Notes: generated from the letters alone by a model not told the origin. A stretch of 64,000 nt of DNA from Candidatus Limiplasma stercoravium (GCA_018715175.1 DVME01000102.1:69-64068); one strand, 5' to 3'. Positions 16,228 through 25,642 are shown, counted from the stretch's first letter. Numbers and translations: made by a program.

Positions 16228-18880
16228 ATTTGCATATCCCTGGGCGCTTCTGCTACTGGTGCCGGCGGTTGCGTGCGTCGTGCTCGTCAACCGGCGTTAC
16301 CGCCTGGGCGGTCTGTCTCTCAAGCGAAAGGTATGCCTTGCGGCGCGGCTGCTCCTGGTGGGGCTGTTGGTTTTATCGGCTGCCGCGCCGTCCGTATTGC
16401 TGCCGTCCGGCTCGGCTTGCCGGTGGTTTTTGTTGGATGTGTCTGATTCTGCAAAGGCGCAGCGCGACGCGCTGACGGCTTTGGCGCGCGACGGCCTGCA
16501 AACCCTGCCCGACGGTCAGCGCGCCGGGGTGATCGCATATGGTCGGGAAGCCATGGTGGAAACGCCGCTGAGCGACCATCCCGTGCTGGGCGACCTGCGC
16601 ACGGTGCCAGGCGCGGACGGCACCGACCTGGACGGCGCGTTGCGTCTGGCCAGCGCGCTTCTGGGCGGCAGCGGCGGGCTCACGGTGCTCAGCGACGGCA
16701 AGGGCGAGGTAAGCACCGCCACCCTGGGAATGCTGCGCGGTTTGGGCATTCCCGTAGACGTGCTCGTGCTGCAAGCGGACGCCGGCACGGACGCGCAAGT
16801 CACGGCGTTAAGCGCGCCGGCCCGGGCCTTTGAGGGGCAATCCGTCACCCTGAACGCCGTCATCGACGCGACCGAAGCGATGGAGGCTACCCTGGAATTG
16901 TATCAAAACGGCAAATGGACTGCTTCACGGACGGTTTCGCTGCTTCCCGGAGAAAACCGCTTCGCCTTTGCGGATACGGCCCAAACCAGCGGCGTGGTCA
17001 GCTATGAGGCGCGTCTGGTCAGCGCCCAAGACACCCAACCCCGTAACAACAGCGCTTCCGCTTACACCCGCGTCACCGGCGCGCCCAAAGTCATCATCGC
17101 CAGCACGGAAAGCGGCATGCAGCCGCTTTTGAGCGCAGCCGGCTTTTTGACCGAGCAGGCCGAACCCGCGTCTTTGCCTGCGTCCGCCGCAGGCTACTTG
17201 GCCTATGACGCCATCGTGCTGGACAATGTTTCCTACGACAGCCTCAACGAACGTCAATGGCAGGCCCTTAATGATGCCGTGCGTATCCTGGGCCGCGGCC
17301 TGTGCGTGCTGGGCGGCGACGAAAGCTACGCCTTGGGCGGGTATCGCGGAACGCTGCTGGAGGAGCTTTTGCCGGTGCGCATCGACGTGCGAAACAAGCT
17401 GCGCATGCCGGCGTTGTCGTTGGTCATCGCCATTGACAAATCCGGCAGCATGGCGGACGGCCTGTATGGTTATACGCGCATCGAGGTGGCCAAGGAAGCG
17501 GCCATGGGCGCTATTGAAGCCCTGAACAGCCAGGACTATGCGGGCGTGATCGGCTTTGACGAAGCGGCCATGTGGGTGGTGCCCTTTCAGCCCGTCGAGG
17601 ATCTCAACGACCTTCAGGCTCAAATCGGCACCCTTCGCGCTTCGGGCGGGACGGCTTTCTACTCAGCGCTGGACGAAGCGTATCAGGCCCTTGCCTCATC
17701 GCAAACGCCCCAAAAGCACGTTATTTTTCTCTCGGACGGACAACCCGGCGATTCTCACTTTGAGTCGTTGGCGCTGGGCATGAGTCAAGCGGGCATCACA
17801 TTGACCACCGTAGCCGTAGGCCAGGGAGCGGATGTTAAGCTCATGGAGCTGCTGTCCACCCTGGGTGGCGGTAGATGCTACCAGGTCGGCGAATTCGACA
17901 GCATTCCCAAAATCTTTACCAAGGAAACGATTCTGGCAGGCGGTTCCTACGTGCAAAACCGCTCCTTTGTGCCGGTCGTCTCGGATTCTTCAGCCTTTAT
18001 GGGCCTGGATGCGCTGCCGATGCTGGAAGGCTACCTGACCACCGTAGAAAAAACGGGCGCGACCGTGGCGCTGCGAAGCGATACCGACGATCCCCTTTTG
18101 GCCTATGGGCATGCAGGCGCCGGCACGGTGCTGTGTTGGACCAGCGACGCCCACGGCGCCTGGACCAGCGCTTACCTGGCCTGGGAAGACGCGCCCCGGT
18201 TCTTTGGCAATATGGTCACGCGCGTTCTGCCCGCCGAGGACGGCGGCAGCCTGACGGCGCGCGTGAATGATGGGAAAATGGAAATCGTCTACGAAACGGA
18301 AACCGCCGAGGGCGCTAGCGCGATGGCAGAGGTGTCCATGCCGGATGGCACGGCCCAAAGCGTTTCCCTTGTCGAAACCGCGCCCGGCGAGTACCGGGGC
18401 AGCCTGGAAGCGAACGCGCAAGGCGTCTATGCCCTTCGCGCAACGCTCGCCAGCGGCGGACAGACGGTATACGCTCAGGAAGGCGGAGCGGTGGTTGGAT
18501 TTTCCAGCGAATACGACGTGCGCGCCGTCTCCAGCGGGTGGGAAGCGCTTGCGCTTGAAACCGGAGGCCGGCTGCTCACGCCGGGCGAGGGATTCTATCA
18601 AACGCCTGTGCAATCGTCCAGCGTGCGCAAAAGCCTCCAAGAGCTGTTGTGCGTCCTCAGCCTTCTGTGGCTGCTGGCGGATATCGCCCTGCGAAAGCTG
18701 CCCTGGGACAATGCCTTGAGCGAATTGGCCGGCAGGCCGCCGCGCAGGGCCCAAACACCCAAACGTCCCTCAAAGCAACCGGCGTCTCCGACGAACCGCG
18801 AAGAACCTGCACAGGATACGGTCAGCGCGCTGCTGGCGGCCAAGCGCGCCCACGACCGTCGGGAGTCCGTCAACGAATGA
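16217..18880 (+). CDS. 887-aa membrane protein: BatA-type N-terminus, VWA, GATase1-like domain, second VWA, C-terminal TM
   Basis: GTG start that overlaps the upstream gene by 11 nt. Two DxSxS motifs: DVSDS and DKSGSM (the latter with GGT and LSDG). GATase1-like block YDAIVLDNVSYDSLNERQWQALNDAVRILGRGLCVLGG. C-terminal TM LCVLSLLWLLADIAL. Confidence 0.75.
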   Translation: MGFEFAYPWALLLLVPAVACVVLVNRRYRLGGLSLKRKVCLAARLLLVGLLVLSAAAPSVLLPSGSACRWFLLDVSDSAKAQRDALTALARDGLQTLPDGQRAGVIAYGREAMVETPLSDHPVLGDLRTVPGADGTDLDGALRLASALLGGSGGLTVLSDGKGEVSTATLGMLRGLGIPVDVLVLQADAGTDAQVTALSAPARAFEGQSVTLNAVIDATEAMEATLELYQNGKWTASRTVSLLPGENRFAFADTAQTSGVVSYEARLVSAQDTQPRNNSASAYTRVTGAPKVIIASTESGMQPLLSAAGFLTEQAEPASLPASAAGYLAYDAIVLDNVSYDSLNERQWQALNDAVRILGRGLCVLGGDESYALGGYRGTLLEELLPVRIDVRNKLRMPALSLVIAIDKSGSMADGLYGYTRIEVAKEAAMGAIEALNSQDYAGVIGFDEAAMWVVPFQPVEDLNDLQAQIGTLRASGGTAFYSALDEAYQALASSQTPQKHVIFLSDGQPGDSHFESLALGMSQAGITLTTVAVGQGADVKLMELLSTLGGGRCYQVGEFDSIPKIFTKETILAGGSYVQNRSFVPVVSDSSAFMGLDALPMLEGYLTTVEKTGATVALRSDTDDPLLAYGHAGAGTVLCWTSDAHGAWTSAYLAWEDAPRFFGNMVTRVLPAEDGGSLTARVNDGKMEIVYETETAEGASAMAEVSMPDGTAQSVSLVETAPGEYRGSLEANAQGVYALRATLASGGQTVYAQEGGAVVGFSSEYDVRAVSSGWEALALETGGRLLTPGEGFYQTPVQSSSVRKSLQELLCVLSLLWLLADIALRKLPWDNALSELAGRPPRRAQTPKRPSKQPASPTNREEPAQDTVSALLAAKRAHDRRESVNE

Positions 18881-19490
18881 AGTTGGTGCGCACGGCCGGT
18901 TCAGGCGTAGGCGCGACGACGCCCGAGCGCTTGCCCAGCTCGATGCAGCGAATCAGCCACGCCATGCCCTGCGCCAGAGAACGCATGATTTGCAGGCCTT
19001 CCTCGTCTTGCAACACCTCTTGCGGCGTATTGCCGTGCACCTGGTTCCAGTACTGCGACGACGCCACCGGCATACGGTTGATGGTGAAGTATTTGTTCAT
19101 GTCGTCAAACGCCGTGGCGCAGCCGCCTCTGCGCGCGCTGACCACCGCCGCGGCAGGCTTGTAGGCCAGGCGAGCGCCGTGCGCGAAAAACAGGCGATCC
19201 AAAAACGACTTCATCTGTCCCGACACGCCCGCATAATACACCGGGGAACCAAAGACCAATCCGTCCGCCTGCGCGCATACGTCCGCCAGGCGGTTGACCG
19301 CGTCGTCAAATGCGCAGCGGCCCAGCTTTGCGCATTGGCGGCAGGCGGCGCATCCGCGAATGGGCGAAACGCCGATGTGCTCGATCCGGCTTTCGACGCC
19401 CTGCTTTTCCAGCTCGCGGGCGACCTCGGATAGCGCCGTATAGGTGCAGCCTTTGGGGTTGGGACTTCCATTGATCAAAACCACGTTCAT
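18870..19490 (-). CDS. Flavodoxin-fold FMN reductase / iron-sulfur flavoprotein (Isf)-like
   Basis: N-terminus MNVVLINGSPNPKGCT. Compact Cys cluster CAACRQCAKLGRC (CX2CX2CX5C). GLVFGSPVYY block. Confidence 0.7.
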   Translation of the reverse strand: MNVVLINGSPNPKGCTYTALSEVARELEKQGVESRIEHIGVSPIRGCAACRQCAKLGRCAFDDAVNRLADVCAQADGLVFGSPVYYAGVSGQMKSFLDRLFFAHGARLAYKPAAAVVSARRGGCATAFDDMNKYFTINRMPVASSQYWNQVHGNTPQEVLQDEEGLQIMRSLAQGMAWLIRCIELGKRSGVVAPTPEPAVRTNFIR

Positions 19491-19561
19491 GTTTTCGCCC
19501 TCCTTTGTCTGCTTTTCAGTATAGCAGGTTTTCGCGCAAAAAAGAAGCCACCGCCTTCCCT

Positions 19562-19589
19562 TTGCAATTTTGCGGCGGCGTAGTATAAT
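19562..19589 (+). promoter_or_regulatory. Promoter for iorA-iorB-paaK (TTGCAA-16-TATAAT)
   Basis: TTGCAA at 19562..19567 and TATAAT at 19584..19589. Confidence 0.5.
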
Positions 19590-19620
19590 AAAACCTATCT
19601 TGACAAAGGAGGCGCGATGG

Positions 19621-21420
19621 GTGCGGGAATTTCTGATGGGAAATCAAGCCATCGCAAGGGGCGCTTGGGATGCCGGGGTCAACGTGGTCTGCGGCTATCC
19701 GGGCACGCCGTCGACGGAGATTTTGGAAACTGTGGCCAAACAAAACGACGGCCGCGTTTATGTGGAATGGTCGGTCAACGAAAAAGCGGCGCTGGAGCTG
19801 GCCGCGGGCGCGGCCTACGCGGGCGCGCGCGCTTTGGTCACCATGAAGCAGGTGGGGCTCAACGTGGCGGCGGATCCGCTGATGAGCCTTGCGTACGTGG
19901 GGGTCAAAGGCGGGCTGGTAATTGTGGCAGCGGATGATCCCGGCCCCATTTCCTCCCAGACAGAGCAGGATACGCGGCAGTTTGCGCGCTTTTGCAAAAT
20001 TCCCGTGTTTGATCCCCAATCGCCTCAGGAGGCCTACGACATGGTGGGCGACGCCTTTACGCTGTCGGAAAGAATCGGCTCCCCGGTTCTTTTGCGCCCG
20101 ACCACCCGCGTATGCCACGGCTGCGCGGTCGTCGCCTGCGCGGACACGCCTAAGGAGCACGCGCCTGAAGGGTTCGTGCGCGATCCCGCGAGATGGGTCA
20201 TCTTTCCGCGCTCGTCCTACCTGAATCATCTAAAAATCGAAAAGCGAAACCCCGAGCTGGGCGCCGAATTCAGCCGCTACGCCCGCAACCGTCTCTCCGG
20301 CGGCGGACGGATCGGCCTGGCGGCGGGCGGCGTGAGCCGCGCCTATCTGAAAGAAGCCCTGCGTGGATACGAGCCGTCCGTCCGGCTTTTGGAGGTCGCC
20401 ACGCCGTTCCCGTTCCCCGAGGCGCTGGCGGAAACGTTCTTGCGTTCCGTGGATGAGGTGTGGGTCTACGAGGAGCTGGATCCGGTAATCGAGCGAGAGC
20501 TCGTCACCCTGTGCGGCAAGCTGCATCTGATGATCGACATTCATGGAAAATTGGACGGCTCCTGCGCCCAAGCGGGCGAAAACAGCGTGGAAGGCGCCGC
20601 GGCGCTGCTTGGCCAATGTTTGCCCGCTTATGCTCCCCCACCTCTCCCGCAAAGGCCGCAGCCACCCGCGCTTGCGGTACGGCCGCCCGTCCTGTGCGCG
20701 GGCTGTCCGCACCGGGCGTCGTTTTACGCCGTCAAGCGGGCGCTGCACGGGCGCAAATACGTGGCTTGCGGCGATATTGGCTGCTATACGCTGGGCAACG
20801 CCATGCCGCTGGATATGGTGGACACCTGCCTTTGCATGGGCGCGGATGTGACCATGGCACAGGGGCTGCGGCGGGCCGAACCGGATCGTCTGGCCGTTGC
20901 CTTCATTGGGGACTCGACGTTCTTTGCCTCAGGCATCACGGGCGTAATCAACGCCGTATACAACGAGACCGACCTTCTGCTGATCGTTTTGGATAACTCC
21001 ACCACCGCCATGACCGGCCATCAGCCGCATCCCGGCACGGGTATTACCATGATGGGCCACCGCAAGCCGGGGCTGTCCATTGAGGCGGTGCTCACAGCCG
21101 TGGGCGTGGGCCATGTGGCCACCGTGAATCCCCTGTCGTTGACGGAGGCCGTTCAAGCCGTCCGCGACGCGGCGGATCTTACGGGCGTACGCGCCGTGGT
21201 GTTTCGCTCGCCATGCATAGCTGTTGCCAAGGGAACAGGGACTTTTGTCGTGACCGACCGCTGCATTCATTGCCGCAAATGCGTGACCGAGCTTGGCTGC
21301 CCTGCCATCGCAGCGCAGGGTGGCGAGGTCGTTATCGAACCTTCCCTCTGTTTTGGCTGCGGCCTATGCGCGCAGGTCTGTCCCGTCAAAGCCATTGAGC
21401 GCGGGGAGGTGGAAGCATGA
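19621..21420 (+). CDS. iorA: Indolepyruvate:ferredoxin oxidoreductase subunit alpha
   Basis: The GTG start sits 8 nt after AAGGAGG (ATG 19636 is an alternative). LMGNQAIARGAWDAGV N-terminus. TPP-binding region GDIGCYTLG...FIGDSTFF. Two C-terminal ferredoxin motifs, CIHCRKC..C and CFGCGLCAQVCP. Confidence 0.9.
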   Translation: MREFLMGNQAIARGAWDAGVNVVCGYPGTPSTEILETVAKQNDGRVYVEWSVNEKAALELAAGAAYAGARALVTMKQVGLNVAADPLMSLAYVGVKGGLVIVAADDPGPISSQTEQDTRQFARFCKIPVFDPQSPQEAYDMVGDAFTLSERIGSPVLLRPTTRVCHGCAVVACADTPKEHAPEGFVRDPARWVIFPRSSYLNHLKIEKRNPELGAEFSRYARNRLSGGGRIGLAAGGVSRAYLKEALRGYEPSVRLLEVATPFPFPEALAETFLRSVDEVWVYEELDPVIERELVTLCGKLHLMIDIHGKLDGSCAQAGENSVEGAAALLGQCLPAYAPPPLPQRPQPPALAVRPPVLCAGCPHRASFYAVKRALHGRKYVACGDIGCYTLGNAMPLDMVDTCLCMGADVTMAQGLRRAEPDRLAVAFIGDSTFFASGITGVINAVYNETDLLLIVLDNSTTAMTGHQPHPGTGITMMGHRKPGLSIEAVLTAVGVGHVATVNPLSLTEAVQAVRDAADLTGVRAVVFRSPCIAVAKGTGTFVVTDRCIHCRKCVTELGCPAIAAQGGEVVIEPSLCFGCGLCAQVCPVKAIERGEVEA

Positions 21421-22007
21421 ATTGTCTGATGTGCGGCGTAGGCGGCCAAGGAACGGTGCTGGCTTCAAGGCTCATCGCTGACGGGGTCATGCGGCGGGGC
21501 GAGCCGGTGCTGACGGCGGAAACCATCGGCATGGCGCAGCGTGGCGGATGCGTGGTAAGCCACGTGCGCTCCGGCTATGACGTTTGTTCTCCGCTGATCC
21601 CTATGGGGCAGGCGGATACGATCATCGCTTTTGAGCCCGGCGAGGCCGCGCGCTGTGTACCCTACCTGAAGTCCGGCGCGACGGTGGTGGTTAACACCAA
21701 GGGCGTCATGCCCGTGACCGCTTCGCTGGGCCAGGGATACCGGGCTGAGGACATGCTGGATTACCTGCGCAATCTGCCCGATATCCGCCTGTTGGAAGTC
21801 GACGGTGCGGCCCTCTGCGCAGCCTGCGGCTCCTCCAAGGTACTCAACGTAGTGCTTTTAACCGCCGCCGCGGTGCTTGGCGCGCTGCCCATTGACGTGG
21901 ACGAGCTGCGCCGCGCCATTTTGGAACGCACAAAGCCCGCTTTCCACGCGGTGAACCTCAAAGCCATGGAGCTGACCACATGCGCACTAAAGGAGGCACG
22001 GCCATGA
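21417..22007 (+). CDS. iorB: Indolepyruvate:ferredoxin oxidoreductase subunit beta
   Basis: 196 aa. N-terminus CGVGGQGTVLASRLIA is typical of the 2-oxoacid:Fd oxidoreductase gamma-like fold. ATGA overlap with iorA. Confidence 0.85.
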   Translation: MNCLMCGVGGQGTVLASRLIADGVMRRGEPVLTAETIGMAQRGGCVVSHVRSGYDVCSPLIPMGQADTIIAFEPGEAARCVPYLKSGATVVVNTKGVMPVTASLGQGYRAEDMLDYLRNLPDIRLLEVDGAALCAACGSSKVLNVVLLTAAAVLGALPIDVDELRRAILERTKPAFHAVNLKAMELTTCALKEARP

Positions 22008-23236
22008 AAATGACGGAAGCCCAATTTGTCCTGATTCGGGAACAGTTGATACGCCTGAAGGCCAACGGCGGTTTTTATGCGGACAAGCTGCGCGATGTGG
22101 ATGTCGCGCGCATCCAAAGCCAGGAGGATTTTGAAACGCTTCCCTTCACCTGGAAAGGCGACTTGCGCGAGGCGTATCCCCTGGGTCTTCAAGCCGTGCC
22201 GGACGAGGACATCGTGCGCATTCATTCCTCCTCGGGAACCACGGGCACGCCGGTCATCATTCCCTACACCGCCCAAGACGTGGAGGATTGGGCCGAGATG
22301 TTCAAGCGCTGCTACGAAACCGCCGGCGTCACCAAGCTTGACCGCATTCACGTCACCCCCGGCTACGGATTGTGGACCGCTGGAATCGGCTTCCAAAACG
22401 GGGCCGAGCGCCTGGGCGCCATGGTGATTCCCATGGGCCCCGGAAATACGGACAAACAGCTGCGTATGATGATGGATCTTCGCTCCACGGTGCTTTGCGC
22501 CACCTCTTCCTACGCGCTTTTGCTAGCCGAAGAAATCGCAAAGCGCGGCATCGGCGGGCAAATCTGCCTGAAAAAAGGCATTATCGGCTCCGAGCGCTGG
22601 GGCGAAAAGATGCGCCATCGCATTGCCAGCGAGCTGGGCGTCAAGCTATACGACATCTACGGCCTAACCGAGATTTACGGGCCGGGCATCGGCATCAGCT
22701 GCGATTACGACTGCGGCATGCACATGTGGGACGACTATGTGTTCTTTGAAGTTGTGGATCCCAAAACCGGCAAGGTCTTGCCCGACGGACAGGTGGGCGA
22801 GCTGGTAATCACCACGCTTCGCAAGCAGGGCGCGCCGCTGATTCGTTACCGCACGCATGACCTTACCCGCGCGCTGCCGGGCGACTGCCCCTGCGGGCGT
22901 CCCTATCCGCGCATCGACACCATTTTGGGCCGCACGGACGATATGGTGAAGGTAAAGGGCGTCAACATCTTCCCCAGTCAAATCGAAGAAATGCTCGCCA
23001 CCGTCAAAGGCGCGAGCAGCGAATACCAGCTGATGATCGACCACATGAACGGCCGCGACATTTGCACGCTTTTGGTGGAAGCCAACGCCGAAGCCAACAA
23101 GTATCTTTTGGAGGCAGAAATCGGCGAGGCGTTCAAGCAGAAAATCGGCATCACGGTGGTGGTGAAGCCCGTGGATATCGGCGAATTGCCGCGCAGCGAG
23201 AAAAAATCCACCCGCGTGTTCGACAACCGCTATTAA
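22004..23236 (+). CDS. paaK: Phenylacetate-CoA ligase family protein
   Basis: AMP-binding motif SSGTTGTPV, plus YGLTE. ATGA overlap with iorB. The iorAB-paaK arrangement is a known aryl-acid pathway module. Confidence 0.85.
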   Translation: MKMTEAQFVLIREQLIRLKANGGFYADKLRDVDVARIQSQEDFETLPFTWKGDLREAYPLGLQAVPDEDIVRIHSSSGTTGTPVIIPYTAQDVEDWAEMFKRCYETAGVTKLDRIHVTPGYGLWTAGIGFQNGAERLGAMVIPMGPGNTDKQLRMMMDLRSTVLCATSSYALLLAEEIAKRGIGGQICLKKGIIGSERWGEKMRHRIASELGVKLYDIYGLTEIYGPGIGISCDYDCGMHMWDDYVFFEVVDPKTGKVLPDGQVGELVITTLRKQGAPLIRYRTHDLTRALPGDCPCGRPYPRIDTILGRTDDMVKVKGVNIFPSQIEEMLATVKGASSEYQLMIDHMNGRDICTLLVEANAEANKYLLEAEIGEAFKQKIGITVVVKPVDIGELPRSEKKSTRVFDNRY

Positions 23237-23260
23237 GGCCGCAAGAGGTCAATCGCTCCC

Positions 23261-23306
23261 GCTCAGACCGTTGTCCTGATTCTCTTAACGGTCTGAGCGC
23301 TTTTTT
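23261..23306 (+). terminator. Rho-independent terminator between the convergent paaK and GNAT genes
   Basis: 12-bp perfect stem: GCTCAGACCGTT (23261..23272) pairs with AACGGTCTGAGC (23287..23298). It is followed by TTTTTT at 23301..23306. Confidence 0.8.
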
Positions 23307-23320
23307 CTAATCTCAGCCCA

Positions 23321-23704
23321 TCACGCCTGCCCCTTGGGAAGCTGATAGGACGTGAGGCTCCTTTGGCATCCATTTTTTTCGTAGAATGCCTCCATGCCGG
23401 GTTGTGCGCCAAAATACAATAGCGTCGGCGCGTGTTCTTTGGCCAGCTGAAGCAGCCTGCTGCCGATGCCGCGCCTTTGATACGCCGGAAGAACCAGCAA
23501 CTCCGTGATGGTGCCAAAGAAATATCCGTCCGTCAAGACGCGCAGGCAGCCGACCAGCCTTGAGCCGTCGTAGGCGGTCAGATTGCACGTTTTGCGCAAA
23601 GCGGCTTGCGTTTTGGGCAAGTCGTAATTCCCGGGCCAGATTTCGTTGACAAAGTTCAAAAACTCGGCCGCTTGCAGATGTTCGTCGTTGACGCGAAACG
23701 TCAT
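23321..23704 (-). CDS. GNAT-family N-acetyltransferase
   Basis: 127 aa from MTFRVN after a GGAGGA RBS. Acetyl-CoA motif A: LVLPAYQRRGIGSRLL. Confidence 0.8.
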   Translation of the reverse strand: MTFRVNDEHLQAAEFLNFVNEIWPGNYDLPKTQAALRKTCNLTAYDGSRLVGCLRVLTDGYFFGTITELLVLPAYQRRGIGSRLLQLAKEHAPTLLYFGAQPGMEAFYEKNGCQRSLTSYQLPKGQA

Positions 23705-23723
23705 GCTCTTTCCTCCCGGCGCA

Positions 23724-24710
23724 CTACATCCATCCTTCATGCGTGGCTTTGTAGTCCGCCACCAGCTGGTCAGCCTCTGCCAGCAGCGCTTGAACCTCTG
23801 TTTCGTCGTACACGGTGCTTCCGCTGGCGCAGGCATGCCCTCCGCCGCGGTAGCGCTCCGCCAGGGCGCTAATGGTCACAAACCGCGAACGCAGGCGCAC
23901 GCGAATGCTGCCGTCCCCGTCCGGCGTCTCGATAAAGGCGATCCAGCACAGGCAGCCCTTGATGGAATCCATGCTCGACACGCAGGTGCAGGCGGCTTCA
24001 AAGGTGAGGCCGAAGGTTTCCTGCATGGCGCGGCTGACGTAAAGATACGCCACGCCGTTTTCCGTGCGCCTGATATGCTCGTAGAGGTACGCCTTGAAGG
24101 TGAGGGAATCAAAGTCTTTGAGGTACAAATGCGCGTAGAGCGATTCGGTATCGACGCCGGCATCCAGCAGCATGCCCGCGTAGCGCAGCGTTTCACCGGT
24201 GACGCCGCGAAACTTGAACCGTCCAGAGTCCGTCACCATGCCGGTGTAGAGGCATGTGGCGGCCCTTGGCGTCAAAACCAGCTCGTCTCGATAGGCGTAA
24301 TAAAGCGCCGCGATCATCTCACAGGCGGACGAACGCTCCTCCTCCACCCATGCATAATCCCCATAGGGAACCTTTTCAATGTGATGATCGATGTTGATAA
24401 GCTCCCGGCACAGCGCATACCTGGGGTTGGAAATGCGCCCCCGGTCTCCCGTATCCACGACGATGCCCAATGCCCCGACGTACATTTCATCCGGCAAAGG
24501 CGGGTCGTCGGGGCCCAGGAAGGCCAGGTAATCGGAGTGCTGATCGTCAATCAGATAGACCTCTTTGCCGGGATAGCTTTGGCGTAGGATCTCCTGCAGT
24601 CCTTTGGTCGCGCCTACGCAATCGCCGTCGATGCGAATGTGGCGAAACAGCATAATCCGGGGGGCTTCCCGGATGCGCTGCATGATTGTCTCCAACATGT
24701 TATCCTTCAT
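23724..24710 (-). CDS. DHH/DHHA1 phosphoesterase (NrnA-like), copy 2
   Basis: Motifs DGDCVG, VVDTGD, NIDHH and GGGHACASG. ATGA overlap with the upstream DHH gene. Confidence 0.85.
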   Translation of the reverse strand: MKDNMLETIMQRIREAPRIMLFRHIRIDGDCVGATKGLQEILRQSYPGKEVYLIDDQHSDYLAFLGPDDPPLPDEMYVGALGIVVDTGDRGRISNPRYALCRELINIDHHIEKVPYGDYAWVEEERSSACEMIAALYYAYRDELVLTPRAATCLYTGMVTDSGRFKFRGVTGETLRYAGMLLDAGVDTESLYAHLYLKDFDSLTFKAYLYEHIRRTENGVAYLYVSRAMQETFGLTFEAACTCVSSMDSIKGCLCWIAFIETPDGDGSIRVRLRSRFVTISALAERYRGGGHACASGSTVYDETEVQALLAEADQLVADYKATHEGWM

Positions 24711-25642
24711 GGCTGCACCCGCTTTTGCAAATCGTCCAGCAAGCGCATGGCTTCCTGGCGGTCTTTTAATGTCGCTCCACAAGCATTGGCATGACCTCCG
24801 CCGCCATATTGGACGGCGATGTCGTGAATGTCCAGCCGGTTTGAGCGCAACTCACACAGCACGCCTTCCTCGGTTTCGGTAAAATTGGCCCAAGCCTCCA
24901 CGCCGCGAATGTCCGCCATGACGTTGACCATGCCGCGGGAAATGCTGAAGGTATCCTGGCCCAGCTCGCGCATTTCATCACGCGTTGTATAAATGCTGGC
25001 AATGCCCGGACGGGAGAGATCCATTTTCAGGATAAAGCGCGCGCGCAGGCAAAGCTGGTCGTAGTTGTTGGCGTAAAGGCTTTGATAAATATCCCTCGCG
25101 TCAAAGGGCCGCTCCCGCAAAAAGGCGGCCAGGCGAAAGGTGCGCGGGCCCGTAGGCTCGTAACGAAAGCGGCCTGAATCCGTCACCATGCCGGTATACA
25201 GCGCTTTGGCCGCCGCAGCCGATACCGGCAGACCGCAGGTTATGGCAAACTGCGTGACCAAACCGCAGCAACTTTCAAAGCTCGGGTCAACAACTTCCAC
25301 CTGCGCAATGGGCTCGCAGAAAAGGTGATGATCCATGCGGGCCGTCGCCTTGGCCGTGGCGTATCGCTTATCGCTGATCAGCCGCTGCGCGGACGTATCC
25401 AAAATGATGGCCAGCGCATCCAAAAACCACTCGTCCGGCACCTCGTCCATCTCGGAACCGTCCATAAAGGCATAGCGCCCCGCCGAATCGCCCACAGCGT
25501 ACACCTGTTTCTCCGGGAAAGCGTCTCGCAGGATGTGTTTGAGACCGATTTGACTGCCCAGGGCGTCGCCGTCCGGCGAGGAATGCCGGTGGATGATAAT
25601 GCGATCATACTGCCCAATCCATTCCATGAGTCTGTCAAACAT
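24707..25642 (-). CDS. DHH/DHHA1 phosphoesterase (NrnA-like), copy 1
   Basis: Motifs HSSPDGDALG, ILDTS, MDHH and GGGHANACG. I chose the start MFDRLMEWI because it follows a GGAGG RBS. Confidence 0.85.
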   Translation of the reverse strand: MFDRLMEWIGQYDRIIIHRHSSPDGDALGSQIGLKHILRDAFPEKQVYAVGDSAGRYAFMDGSEMDEVPDEWFLDALAIILDTSAQRLISDKRYATAKATARMDHHLFCEPIAQVEVVDPSFESCCGLVTQFAITCGLPVSAAAAKALYTGMVTDSGRFRYEPTGPRTFRLAAFLRERPFDARDIYQSLYANNYDQLCLRARFILKMDLSRPGIASIYTTRDEMRELGQDTFSISRGMVNVMADIRGVEAWANFTETEEGVLCELRSNRLDIHDIAVQYGGGGHANACGATLKDRQEAMRLLDDLQKRVQP

